Notes: generated by a model from the letters alone, not told the origin. Positions 45,857-55,224 are shown, numbered from the stretch's first letter. The stretch: DNA of 64,000 nucleotides from an uncultured Saprospiraceae bacterium (GCA_905480595.1 CAJQQY010000201.1:1482-65481); one strand, 5' to 3'. Numbers and translations are program-made.

Positions 45857-47749
45857 ATGAGTGATCAAATAAAACACGAGTGTGGAATCGCAATGATTCG
45901 CTTGCTCAAACCTTTAGAATACTATCAAGAAAAATACGGCACTTCGCTGTACGGCATGCAAAAACTGCAATTGCTGATGCAAAAAATGCGAAACCGTGGA
46001 CAAGACGGGGCAGGAGTAGCGACCATAAAATTAAATCCCAAACCTGGGAAAAGATATATCAGCCGCCGCCGAAGCAATAGTCCACAATATCTCAAAGATG
46101 TTTTTGAAGGAATTTATGAACGCTTTCGAGAACTTCCCGCTAAAAAATTAAACAATCCAAAATGGCTTAAAGCGAATCTTCCCTACACTGGTGAGTTACT
46201 TATGGGACATTTGCGCTATGGAACTCATGGTGTAAACACGATCGAAACGTGTCACCCATTTTTGAGACAAAATAATTGGATCAGCCGGAATCTTGTTGTT
46301 GCAGGAAATTTCAATTTGACCAATGTGGATGAGCTATTTGAAGAATTAGTTACTTTGGGACAATATCCAAAGGAAAAATCTGACACGGTGACGGTGATGG
46401 AAAAGATTGGACACTTCCTTGATGATGAAGTGTTACGGTTACATGCTTGGCACAAAACTGATAATATTTCTACAGAGGAATTGAATGATCTGATTATTAG
46501 AAATATGGATGTTCAGCGCGTACTCAAAAGAGCTAGCAAAAAATTTGATGGAGGTTATGTGATGGGCGGAATGATTGGACATGGAGATGCATTTTTGATG
46601 CGAGATCCGAATGGAATTCGACCAGCTTATTTTTTCCAAAATGAAGAAGTAGTTGTGGCAGCATCAGAACGACCTGCGATTCAAACTGCTTTTGATATAC
46701 ATTTCAGTAAGGTTCAAGAACTAAAGCCAGGTCATGCTTTGATAATAAAGCGAGATGGTGATGTTTCTGAAAAACCATTTGTTCCGGCTGCAGAAAGAAA
46801 GTCTTGTTCGTTCGAGCGAATTTATTTTTCAAGAGGAACGGATAAAGAAATTTATGAAGAACGAAAAAAATTGGGAGAAATTCTCGCAGACGAAGTTTTA
46901 CAGGCAGTAGATTATGATTTTAAAAATACAGTTTTCTCTTACATTCCGAATACGGCAGAGACTTCATTTTTAGGTTTAGTGAAAGGGGTAGAAAGTAGAT
47001 TGAATGATTTGAAGCGAGATAAAATCATGAGTCTCAATGGCGAATTGAAAGATAAAAAATTGCAGAAATTATTATCACTCACAGCGCGGGTAGAAAAAAT
47101 TGTAGTGAAAGATGCGAAGCTTCGAACCTTTATTGCAGCTGATAACGATCGAGGTGCTTTGGTTTCTCATATATATGATGTGACTTACGGAGTAGTGAAA
47201 AATGAGAAAGATAATTTGGTTTTAATTGATGATTCGATAGTGCGAGGAACAACTTTGCGGGACAGTATCATTCAAATGGTTTCGAGATTGCGACCAAAAA
47301 AAATCGTAATTGTTTCTTCTGCTCCCCAAATTAGATTTCCAGATTGCTACGGAATTGATATGTCAAAAATGAAAGAGTTTGTGGCATTTCGAGCACTTGT
47401 GGAATTATTGGAAGAGACGAATCAAGAACATCTTTTGGAAGAAGCTTATCATCGGTGCAAAGCGCAAGAAGCTTTGCCAGCAGAGCAAGTGACAAATGAA
47501 GTAAAATCACTTTATGATAGTTTTCCTTACGAAACTATTTCTAAAAAAATTGCTCAAATCATTACACCGAAAGGAATCAAACCAAAAGTAGAAGTGATTT
47601 ATCAGCCAATCGAGAATTTGAAGATTGCTTGTCCTGGACATACAGGCGATTGGTACTTTTCAGGAAATTATCCAACGCCAGGAGGGAATCGGATTGCAAA
47701 TCGAGCGTTTATAAACTATATGGAAAAAAGTGATGTGAGAGCATATTAA
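45857..47749 (+). CDS. purF: Amidophosphoribosyltransferase (long Bacteroidota type)
   Basis: Ntn-type catalytic Cys in ...KHECGIAMI..., and PRPP-binding loop LVLIDDSIVRGTT; 630 aa. Confidence 0.9.
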   Translation: MSDQIKHECGIAMIRLLKPLEYYQEKYGTSLYGMQKLQLLMQKMRNRGQDGAGVATIKLNPKPGKRYISRRRSNSPQYLKDVFEGIYERFRELPAKKLNNPKWLKANLPYTGELLMGHLRYGTHGVNTIETCHPFLRQNNWISRNLVVAGNFNLTNVDELFEELVTLGQYPKEKSDTVTVMEKIGHFLDDEVLRLHAWHKTDNISTEELNDLIIRNMDVQRVLKRASKKFDGGYVMGGMIGHGDAFLMRDPNGIRPAYFFQNEEVVVAASERPAIQTAFDIHFSKVQELKPGHALIIKRDGDVSEKPFVPAAERKSCSFERIYFSRGTDKEIYEERKKLGEILADEVLQAVDYDFKNTVFSYIPNTAETSFLGLVKGVESRLNDLKRDKIMSLNGELKDKKLQKLLSLTARVEKIVVKDAKLRTFIAADNDRGALVSHIYDVTYGVVKNEKDNLVLIDDSIVRGTTLRDSIIQMVSRLRPKKIVIVSSAPQIRFPDCYGIDMSKMKEFVAFRALVELLEETNQEHLLEEAYHRCKAQEALPAEQVTNEVKSLYDSFPYETISKKIAQIITPKGIKPKVEVIYQPIENLKIACPGHTGDWYFSGNYPTPGGNRIANRAFINYMEKSDVRAY

Positions 47750-47770
47750 ACTTTTTTCAAAAAAAATAAA

Positions 47771-47807
47771 AAAGCATGACTTGTTAAAAGTTGTGCTTTT
47801 TTTATTT
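47771..47807. terminator. Imperfect bidirectional hairpin between convergent genes
   Basis: AAAAAGCATGACTT...AAGTTGTGCTTTTT (7 of 9 stem pairs), flanked by A- and T-runs. Confidence 0.45.
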
Positions 47808-47837
47808 TTAAAAAAGTAAAAAATAGCTTTTATAATA

Positions 47838-48980
47838 TTAAATCTTACAAAGTAATTCAGCTGCTTCCGTCAATAAGTTTTCCGTTTTCGCAAAACAAAC
47901 TCTCACAATTTTTTGATTCGTTTTTTTAGCATAAAAAGCAGAGACTGGAATCACAGCTACTCCATATTCGGCAGTCATTTTTTTTGCAAACTCAAATTCA
48001 TCTTCATCGCTTATTTCAGAGTAGTCAACTAATTGGAAGTAAGTTCCTGAACATTTGAGTGGACGAAATTTTGAATCTTTTATTTTTTCCAAAAAGAAAT
48101 CTCGCTTCTTTTGATAAAAATTATTTAGCTCTAAATAAGTAGAATCATCTTCTAAATATTCCGCAATGGCATATTGAACAAATGAATTGACACTAAAAAC
48201 ATTAAACTGATGTACCTTCCGAAACTCTTTCATTAAATGTTCAGGTCCAACGCAATAACCCATTTTCCAACCTGTAGCGTGAAATGTTTTTCCAAAAGAA
48301 TAAACAGCTAAACTGCGCTGAAATAATTTTGGAAAACGCAAAACACTTTGATGTTTTTCTCCATCAAAAATCAAATGCTCATAAACCTCATCACTCAAAA
48401 CAATCAAATCATGCTCCTCTGCAATTTTTTCAATTGTTTTTAAATCTTCTTCTAACAATATACTTCCGGTCGGATTATGAGGTGTATTGAAAATTAGCAT
48501 TCGAGTTTTCGAAGTGATTAATTTTTCCAATTCATTCCAATCAATTTTAAAATCAGGTGCTCTCATTTCGTAAGGCACCACTACTCCTCCACAAACTTCA
48601 ATAGATGGGCCATATGAATCATAAGCAGGTTCAATAATAATAACTTCATCTCCTGATTTTATAAAAGCGGTGATTGCGGTAAAAAGAGCTTGTGTTGCCC
48701 CTGCGGTTATTGTAATATCTGTTTTGGGATTAATAGATGCACCGTAGAGTTTTTTAATTTTGCCAGCGAGTTTTTCTAACAATACATTTGCGCCACCCAT
48801 TGGAGCATATTGATTGAATCCATCTTGTAAATATTTGTTGACCAAATTTTTCAACTCAGGAGCGCAATCAAAATTGGGAAACCCTTGGGATAAATTTATT
48901 GCCTGATGCTCATTAGCGAGTGAAGACATGACAGTAAAAATAGTAGTACCGACGTTGGGAAGTTTGGATTGAATTTTCAT
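47838..48980 (-). CDS. Class I/II PLP-dependent aminotransferase (YbdL/methionine aminotransferase-like)
   Basis: ...NPHNPTG..., and PLP-lysine context YSFGKTFHATGWKMGY. Confidence 0.85.
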   Translation of the reverse strand: MKIQSKLPNVGTTIFTVMSSLANEHQAINLSQGFPNFDCAPELKNLVNKYLQDGFNQYAPMGGANVLLEKLAGKIKKLYGASINPKTDITITAGATQALFTAITAFIKSGDEVIIIEPAYDSYGPSIEVCGGVVVPYEMRAPDFKIDWNELEKLITSKTRMLIFNTPHNPTGSILLEEDLKTIEKIAEEHDLIVLSDEVYEHLIFDGEKHQSVLRFPKLFQRSLAVYSFGKTFHATGWKMGYCVGPEHLMKEFRKVHQFNVFSVNSFVQYAIAEYLEDDSTYLELNNFYQKKRDFFLEKIKDSKFRPLKCSGTYFQLVDYSEISDEDEFEFAKKMTAEYGVAVIPVSAFYAKKTNQKIVRVCFAKTENLLTEAAELLCKI

Positions 48981-48995
48981 TTTATGAAGAGTTGA

Positions 48996-49238
48996 CTAAT
49001 TGTATTTTTCAAAAACAGTAGAAATAACTTTTGCCAATTTATGATCTTTTTCAGTTACAGTATTTCCTGCATCGTGAGTAGTTAGATGAATTTCAACTGT
49101 ATTATAAACGTTACTCCAATTAGGATGATGACCTTGTTTTTCGGCATAAAAAGCAACTTCAGTCATAAAGCCAAATGCTTCTATAAAGTTTTTAAATTTA
49201 AATGTTGCTTGAAGTTTGTTGTTTTCTTCTTTCCACAT
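48996..49238 (-). CDS. phhB: 4a-hydroxytetrahydrobiopterin dehydratase (PCD/DCoH)
   Basis: ...[24 protein letters not shown]... is the PCD signature; 80 aa. Confidence 0.85.
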   Translation of the reverse strand: MWKEENNKLQATFKFKNFIEAFGFMTEVAFYAEKQGHHPNWSNVYNTVEIHLTTHDAGNTVTEKDHKLAKVISTVFEKYN

Positions 49239-49335
49239 AATTTATTAATTGTTAATGTTGAATGGTTAATTCCATGGTGGTACTTTCCATAAAAAAAGAT
49301 GTTACCTCCTAACGAAGATAACACCTTTTTTTATT

Positions 49336-49400
49336 GGTGAACGATTAACGATTAACTATGAATAGTGAGCGACGAAAAAGTAATTAACCGTTCACCGTTA
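49336..49400. repeat. Intergenic inverted repeat built on GGTGAACGRTTAA / TTAACCGTTCACC; the right arm recurs at 52402-52421
   Basis: GGTGAACGATTAACGATTAAC (49336-49356) faces TAATTAACCGTTCACCGTTA (49381-49400). The latter is 19/20 identical to 52402-52421. Confidence 0.5.
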
Positions 49401-49411
49401 ATCATTCGCCG

Positions 49412-50461
49412 TTATTTAAAACTCCAATCATATGTATCTAAATCAGAAATACATGATGTTAAAAGAGAAATACAATCAGAAATATCTTCTTTGTTGGCCA
49501 TTTCGATAGTTTGATGAATGTATCGAGTTGGGATAGAAATGGCTCCAGTAATCGCACCTTTTTTTCCATAGCGTTGGATACCTCCTGAGTCTGTTCCGCC
49601 AGCAGGAAGTACTTCTGGTTGCCAATTAATTTTATGATTATTGGCAGTTGTTTTCATATATTCGACCATTCGGTAATCAGAAATGACAGAACCATCTTTG
49701 ATTTTGATTGCAGCACCTTCGCCAAGTTCAGTTACCATTTCGTGAGGACTTGCGCCAGGCACATCAAAGGCAATAGTTACATCTAATGCGAAACCAAAGT
49801 CAGGGTCAATATGATGTGCAGATGAAATTGCTCCACGAAGTCCTACTTCTTCTTGAACGGTAAATGCAGCATAAATATCATAAGGAACTTCTACGTCTTT
49901 TAGTTTTCTCAAAGTTTCTAACAATATGTACACGGAAACTCGGTTGTCTAAAGATTTACTATTGACACACTCACCCATTTCTATTAACTCTCTTTCCCGA
50001 GTGATAGAGTTTCCAACAGAAATATATTTATCTACTTCCTCTTTTTTCATTCCAGTATCAATAAAATATTCAGTAGTCGGAAGAGGTTTTCCTTTTTCTT
50101 CTGCTTTCATCAGGTGAACAGGTTTACAACCCATTACTCCAATGATATCTTTTTTTCCATGAATAATTACTCGCTGAGAAGTTAAAGTCTTGGCATCAAA
50201 ACCACCTAAGGTATCAAACCGGATAAATCCATTTTTATCAATATGTGTTACCATGAATCCGATCTCATCTATATGAGCAGCGACCATAACACGTTTGTCT
50301 CCTTTTCCTTTTTTTAGGGCAATCACACTACCCATTGCATCGACAGTAACCTCATCTACGAGAGGTGTTACTTCTTTGATGACGAGTTCTCTAATTTTTT
50401 GTTCATATCCGGGAGCACCTGGTGCTAAACATATTTTTTTTAATAAACTTACGTTAATCAT
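49412..50461 (-). CDS. M42-family metallo-aminopeptidase (FrvX/YsdC/PepA-like)
   Basis: ...VMVAAHIDEIGFMVT..., ...SKSLDNR... and ...TVQEEVGLRGA... are M42 metal-ligand blocks. Confidence 0.85.
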   Translation of the reverse strand: MINVSLLKKICLAPGAPGYEQKIRELVIKEVTPLVDEVTVDAMGSVIALKKGKGDKRVMVAAHIDEIGFMVTHIDKNGFIRFDTLGGFDAKTLTSQRVIIHGKKDIIGVMGCKPVHLMKAEEKGKPLPTTEYFIDTGMKKEEVDKYISVGNSITRERELIEMGECVNSKSLDNRVSVYILLETLRKLKDVEVPYDIYAAFTVQEEVGLRGAISSAHHIDPDFGFALDVTIAFDVPGASPHEMVTELGEGAAIKIKDGSVISDYRMVEYMKTTANNHKINWQPEVLPAGGTDSGGIQRYGKKGAITGAISIPTRYIHQTIEMANKEDISDCISLLTSCISDLDTYDWSFK

Positions 50462-50686
50462 CTAGTTAGTTTTTTAAGTTGCTAGGCCTGACAAGCCACA
50501 TGAAAAGTGTTGTTTAGTTGTTTTAGCAGGATACGGTTAGTGGATTGGAAAGGGTTAATTCCCATTTGAGGGGCGAAGTTACCATTTTTTATATTGGAGA
50601 ATAAAAAGTTTGTAAAATAAAATGTATAAAATTGCGGAATAATTTGGGATAAATTAACGAGTTAAAATGTATTAAAAATATATTTA

Positions 50687-52156
50687 ATGTCATTATTGAA
50701 AAAATTTGCGGGTGAGACGGTAATTTATGGGTTGGGAAGTGTACTTCCAAGGGTGTTATTATTTGCATTGACTCCAATCTTGACCAGGATTTTAGGAGAA
50801 GGAGAATATGGAAATCATGCTGTAATGTACGCATTTGCAGCATTGTCACTAGTATTTTTCACCTATGGGATGGAAACAGCTTTATTTCGGTTTGGTAGTA
50901 AAGATGGGCAATTGAATAAAGTTTTTAGCACAGCGGCGATTTCATTATTAGTGACGACGATTGTTTTTGCAGGAGTATTGTTATTTTTTTCTGATTCAAT
51001 TGCGGTGTTTCTAGAGCAAAAAGGTCAGGAAAGATTTATTCGTTGGTTTATTTATATAACTGCTTTTGATGCATTGGCAGCTTTGCCTTTTGCAAAATTA
51101 AGGTTGGAAAATAGACCAATTCGATTTGCAGTAATTAAAATACTGAGTGTTCTAATTAATATTTCAATTATCCTTTTCTTTTTATTGGTTTGCCCATTTT
51201 TGATAGAAAATGGCTTTGATTGGTTTGCTACAATTTATGAAGAAGGAAAACAATTAGATTATGTTTTTATTGCCAATTTGGTGGCTAGTGCTTTAGTATT
51301 TTTGATTTTATTTAGAAATTTCTTCAGCTTCAATTGGGAGTTTGATTTCCAGCTTTGGAAAAAAATGTTGGCGTATTCTTGGCCACTTATTTTAGTTGGT
51401 TTTTCAGGAGTGGTGAATCGACAATTGGATAGAATCTTTTTAGTAAAATGGTTGCCTACAAATGGAGATGAACTTACTGGAATTTATAATGCGAGTGTGA
51501 AAATTGCAGTATTGATGAGTCTATTTATTACTGCTTTTAATTATGCAGCAGAACCTTTCTTTTTTAAAAATGCGAATCGTGCAGATGCAAAACCCATCTA
51601 TGCACAAATAGGACATGCGTTTTCAATAGTAGGTAGTTTGGTTTTTTTAGGGATTATGTTGTACATGGATTTGGTGCAATTGATTTTGGGAAAAAACTTT
51701 AGAGCTGGTTTGGAAATTGTTCCAATTTTATTGGTTGCCTATTTCTTCTTAGGTCTTTTTTATAATTTTTCCATTTGGTATAAATTAACTGATCGAACAA
51801 AAATCGGTGCATGGATTTCGATTGGAGGGGCGATAGTGACGATTGTAATTAATTATCTGTTTATTCCAACGCTTGAAATAAAAGCACCTGCTTATGCGGC
51901 ATTAGCTTGTTTTGCATTCATGGCAACTACAAGTTATTTTATTGGAAAAAAATACTATCCGATTGATTATCCGATTGGAAAAATGTTGACTTATATTTTT
52001 GTAGCAGTAGGCGTATTTTATTTAAGTGAAATTATTCGCCCTTATTTAGGCGAAAATATCTTTAAAATCCTTTTTGTAAATACGTTGTTATTTTTTGGGT
52101 ATTTGGGTGGGTTTTATCTTTTGGAGAAAAAGACTTTGAGGAAATTGATGGGGTGA
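50687..52156 (+). CDS. MOP-superfamily polysaccharide/oligosaccharide flippase (Wzx/PST-like)
   Basis: 489 aa, about 12-14 TM helices, with an N-terminus ...FAGETVIYGLGSVLPRVLLFALTPILTRIL typical of polysaccharide biosynthesis flippases. Confidence 0.65.
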   Translation: MSLLKKFAGETVIYGLGSVLPRVLLFALTPILTRILGEGEYGNHAVMYAFAALSLVFFTYGMETALFRFGSKDGQLNKVFSTAAISLLVTTIVFAGVLLFFSDSIAVFLEQKGQERFIRWFIYITAFDALAALPFAKLRLENRPIRFAVIKILSVLINISIILFFLLVCPFLIENGFDWFATIYEEGKQLDYVFIANLVASALVFLILFRNFFSFNWEFDFQLWKKMLAYSWPLILVGFSGVVNRQLDRIFLVKWLPTNGDELTGIYNASVKIAVLMSLFITAFNYAAEPFFFKNANRADAKPIYAQIGHAFSIVGSLVFLGIMLYMDLVQLILGKNFRAGLEIVPILLVAYFFLGLFYNFSIWYKLTDRTKIGAWISIGGAIVTIVINYLFIPTLEIKAPAYAALACFAFMATTSYFIGKKYYPIDYPIGKMLTYIFVAVGVFYLSEIIRPYLGENIFKILFVNTLLFFGYLGGFYLLEKKTLRKLMG

Positions 52157-52208
52157 TTTTTGCGATTTTGGAGAATAGCTTACCGGGGAGACTCGGAGAG
52201 TCGTCCTA

Positions 52209-52373
52209 CTAACCGACGAAGTTTACTAAAAACCAATCAGTAATTTTTTGTCTATTTTTGATAAAAAGAACAAATAAAGCGATCATTGCGAAGATAAAAA
52301 CGAGTTTAAAATTTCGTTTATCTCGATTGTATTTTTCTCTTCTACTTTTATATATTTTTCTATTGACTGCCAT
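52209..52373 (-). CDS. Possible 54-aa single-TM protein (below the ORF-track cutoff)
   Basis: ATG...TAG ORF encoding MAVNRKIYKSRREKYNRDKRNFKLVFIFAMIALFVLFIKNRQKITDWFLVNFVG, lying 52 nt downstream of rsgA. Confidence 0.3.
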   Translation of the reverse strand: MAVNRKIYKSRREKYNRDKRNFKLVFIFAMIALFVLFIKNRQKITDWFLVNFVG

Positions 52374-52401
52374 TTCTTATTTAATTTTTTTTTGATAGTT
52401 A

Positions 52402-52421
52402 TTAATTAACCATTCACCGTT
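52402..52421. repeat. Second copy of the TAATTAACCRTTCACCGTTA motif
   Basis: 19/20 identity with 49381-49400. Both copies lie within ~15 nt 3' of a minus-strand stop codon. Confidence 0.5.
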
Positions 52422-52425
52422 AGTT

Positions 52426-53373
52426 TTATCCTTTATGTCTTTCCCAGTAATTCTGGTCTTCAATTTCATCTAATAGTTGGAGATAATTGATGAATCTTAA
52501 CTCACTAATTTCCCCTTTTTCAACTGCTTCTTTTACTGCACAATGTGGTTCATTTCGATGGGTGCAGTTACCAAATTTACAATCATGAGATACTTGAAAA
52601 ATTTCTCTAAAATTATGAACTACATCCATTGGTTTTAAATGATTGAATCCCAATGTTTTAATTCCTGGAGAATCAATAATTGCTCCACCAAAATCTAATT
52701 GAAACATTTCAGCAAATGTCGTAGTGTGTTGTCCTTTACCTGAGTAATCAGATAATTCGAAAGCTCGAAGATCTAAATGAGGCTGAATGGAATTAACCAA
52801 AGTTGATTTCCCAACACCCGATTGACCTGCAACTAAAGTAATTTTATCTTTTAAAACTGCCTTAAAATTTTCCCTACCAATATCGTCAGTTGCTGAAACT
52901 AAAACAACCGTATAACCGATGTTTTCATAAATTGCTTTCATGTAATCGAACATGGCGAACTCGTCTTCTCCGTACAAATCTGCTTTATTAAAAACAATAA
53001 CAGTAGGAATATTATAAGGTTCTGTCATCAGTAAAAAACGATCTATAAAACCTTGTTTCAACATCGGTTCAATAATCGTGACAATAACCATCGCTTGGTC
53101 AACATTCGCAGCGAGTAGATGTAAAAAATGTTTTTTTCGAGGAGATTGTCGAATGACATAATTTCGACGAGGTAAGATTTTTTTGATGAGAGCAGTTCCT
53201 TCGACTTCATCTTCAATTTCGATCTGTACCTCATCACCAACTGCAACAGGATTGGTCACTTTCATGCCATCCAATCGAAATTTCCCCATGATTCGACATT
53301 TCCATTCTTCCTCATTTTCGAGTCTGACTTGGTACCAACTTCCTGTTGATTTTATGACTATTCCTTTTTGCAA
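52426..53373 (-). CDS. rsgA: Ribosome small-subunit-dependent GTPase A
   Basis: N-terminal OB fold (GIVIKSTGSWYQV), circularly permuted GTPase (NKADL...GQSGVGKSTL) and C-terminal zinc knuckle (C..GNCTH..EP.C). TTG start. Confidence 0.9.
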   Translation of the reverse strand: MQKGIVIKSTGSWYQVRLENEEEWKCRIMGKFRLDGMKVTNPVAVGDEVQIEIEDEVEGTALIKKILPRRNYVIRQSPRKKHFLHLLAANVDQAMVIVTIIEPMLKQGFIDRFLLMTEPYNIPTVIVFNKADLYGEDEFAMFDYMKAIYENIGYTVVLVSATDDIGRENFKAVLKDKITLVAGQSGVGKSTLVNSIQPHLDLRAFELSDYSGKGQHTTTFAEMFQLDFGGAIIDSPGIKTLGFNHLKPMDVVHNFREIFQVSHDCKFGNCTHRNEPHCAVKEAVEKGEISELRFINYLQLLDEIEDQNYWERHKG

Positions 53374-53395
53374 ATTTTATTTTTTTATGAGTCGT

Positions 53396-53452
53396 CGTAG
53401 CAGGACTTTCTAAGTCCCGTATATTTTATTGGACTTGGAAAGTCCTTCTACG
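53396..53452. repeat. Compound inverted repeat: 22-nt arms, each itself containing a GGACTT-NNN-AAGTCC palindrome
   Basis: CGTAGCAGGACTTTCTAAGTCC (53396-53417) faces GGACTTGGAAAGTCCTTCTACG (53431-53452), with 20 of 22 positions complementary. It lies between the GGGPS stop and the rsgA start. Confidence 0.55.
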
Positions 53453-53453
53453 G

Positions 53454-54212
53454 TTATGCTACGTGATTAAGTTCGTGAACTGCTGCTGACATTTCTTTAA
53501 TCAAATTCGGATCTTTTTCAATCGCATTTCCAACTACGATAACATCCGCTCCAGCTTTGACATTTTGATAAGCTTTCTCTGGCGTTCGAATTCCTCCTCC
53601 GACAATCAATGGAATATTTACTGCAGAACTTACAGCATGAATCATTGATTCCGAAACAGGATTGATTGCACCACTTCCAGCATCCATATAAATTAATTTC
53701 AATCCTAGCATTTCTCCCGCCAATGCCGTGCACAATGAAATATCATCTTTCATAGCTGGAATTGGGTAAGTGTTACTGATGTAGGAAACACTTGTTGGGA
53801 TGCCACCATCGATTAACATATAACCTGTAGAAATAATTTCCAAAGGACTCATTTTTAAGTAAGGAGCAGAAATTACATGTTTTCCAATCAACAAATCGGC
53901 ATTTCGGCCTGAAATCAAGGAAAGGAAAAGTAAAGCATCTGCACGATAACTGAGTTGAGTAGAATTATTTCCAGGGAATAAGATCAATGGAATATCGCAC
54001 GTTTTTTTAATTGTTTGAAGTGTATGATCTAACATATTATTAACAACCAAACTTCCTCCGATAAAAAAATAATCAACCTTTGCTTCGATAGAAAGGTTCA
54101 CGATGTCTTGCAAATTTTTAAGGCTACCTTTGTCTGGGTCAATTAAAACCACAAATTTTTTTTCGCCTTTTTGCTTCGCTTCGGTTAGAGATTGATAAAT
54201 TTGGTGCTCCAT
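53454..54212 (-). CDS. Geranylgeranylglyceryl/heptaprenylglyceryl phosphate synthase (PcrB/GGGPS family)
   Basis: TIM-barrel blocks ...VLIDPDK..., ...FFIGGS... and ...PLIVGGGIRTPE.... ATG at 54212 is preferred over the track start at 54326. Confidence 0.8.
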   Translation of the reverse strand: MEHQIYQSLTEAKQKGEKKFVVLIDPDKGSLKNLQDIVNLSIEAKVDYFFIGGSLVVNNMLDHTLQTIKKTCDIPLILFPGNNSTQLSYRADALLFLSLISGRNADLLIGKHVISAPYLKMSPLEIISTGYMLIDGGIPTSVSYISNTYPIPAMKDDISLCTALAGEMLGLKLIYMDAGSGAINPVSESMIHAVSSAVNIPLIVGGGIRTPEKAYQNVKAGADVIVVGNAIEKDPNLIKEMSAAVHELNHVA

Positions 54213-54336
54213 GTAATCGGTAATTGTTTTCGCAAAGATAGAGTTATAATTCTGATTTTTGAACGAATGATTTTCAAATGTCGAAAACACATGAGAATTA
54301 TTTGTATTTAAAAAGTACTTAATCAATATTTAAAAT

Positions 54337-54681
54337 TTGGAAGAGAAAAAAGATTTTACGGAAAAAACAACGGAACTCATCGTTCGAGATTTCGAAATGG
54401 TCATTGGTGATAAAAAACCAACAGAGCAAGAATTATTTGAAATGTTGTCAGATCAAGTGGCATATATGATGCAATATCGATTGGATTTTTTGTTGAGTTT
54501 GATGTATCGGTTGGACATTGATGAAGAAAAAATAAGGACGGCACTTTCTCCAAAAGCGTTGATTGCACCCAATGTTGGATTAGCGCATTTGATTTTGGAA
54601 AGGCAAAAGTTACGGATCAAAATTAAGCAAGAATATGGAAAAAGGGAGTTGGAAGACTTAGAAGATGGTCTAGAGTTTTAG
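54337..54681 (+). CDS. Hypothetical small acidic protein (TTG start in the track; alternative ATG at 54397)
   Basis: 114-aa ORF with ordinary composition and no recognised domain. Confidence 0.45.
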   Translation: MEEKKDFTEKTTELIVRDFEMVIGDKKPTEQELFEMLSDQVAYMMQYRLDFLLSLMYRLDIDEEKIRTALSPKALIAPNVGLAHLILERQKLRIKIKQEYGKRELEDLEDGLEF

Positions 54682-54689
54682 TGGTTGTT

Positions 54690-54730
54690 GACTGTAGTCG
54701 GCAGCAATAATTTTAGAACCGACTAAAGTC
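54690..54730. terminator. Hairpin between convergent genes
   Basis: GACTGTAGTCGG (54690-54701) / CCGACTAAAGTC (54719-54730), 11 of 12 positions paired, 17-nt loop. Confidence 0.4.
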
Positions 54731-54735
54731 AGTTG

Positions 54736-55224
54736 CTACGATGTCATTTTTCTAAATTCCATTCTCTCCTCTTCCGTCAATCTATATTTTTCTTTAAACA
54801 TTTCTTCCGAAGGTCGAACCAATAAAAAAACACCAAACCCGATAAAAAATAAAAGCAAAAAGAAATAATTCTGCTCTAGATAATAGAAAATGATACAAAC
54901 CAAATTTGCTCCTTCTAACAATCCACTTCTCAAAATAATGCTACTTCGATAATGTTCTAATTTTGAATGAAGCCCTCCTCTGATACTTTTGGCTTCATCT
55001 ATTCTTTTTGAAAATAAAATAGAACTAACAGTTATACTGCCCAACATTAAAACGGGTGCTATCAAATAAAAAGGACTACTCATCTCCCAGCCGAAAGATA
55101 TCTCAGAACCTATCATCAAATAGCTAATAACGAGAGCGATTAATACTTGTCCAGCAAGGAGAGCATAGTAAAAAATGTAAATTGATTTGAATTCATTTTG
55201 GGTAGAAACTCTTTCGGTAGCCAT
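54736..55224 (-). CDS. Hypothetical membrane protein (4 TM helices)
   Basis: 162-aa ORF with four hydrophobic segments. No motif recognised. Confidence 0.55.
   Translation of the reverse strand: MATERVSTQNEFKSIYIFYYALLAGQVLIALVISYLMIGSEISFGWEMSSPFYLIAPVLMLGSITVSSILFSKRIDEAKSIRGGLHSKLEHYRSSIILRSGLLEGANLVCIIFYYLEQNYFFLLLFFIGFGVFLLVRPSEEMFKEKYRLTEEERMEFRKMTS

Noticed and set aside
50462-50686. Relatively GC-rich divergent intergenic region, considered as a structured ncRNA (SRP, 6S or riboswitch)
   Set aside because: I could not match it to any RNA family consensus I know, and only 4-5-bp stems are visible. It contains a loose resemblance (ACGGTTAGTGG...GGTTAATT) to the 49.4-kb/52.4-kb repeat, but the match is too degenerate to call.
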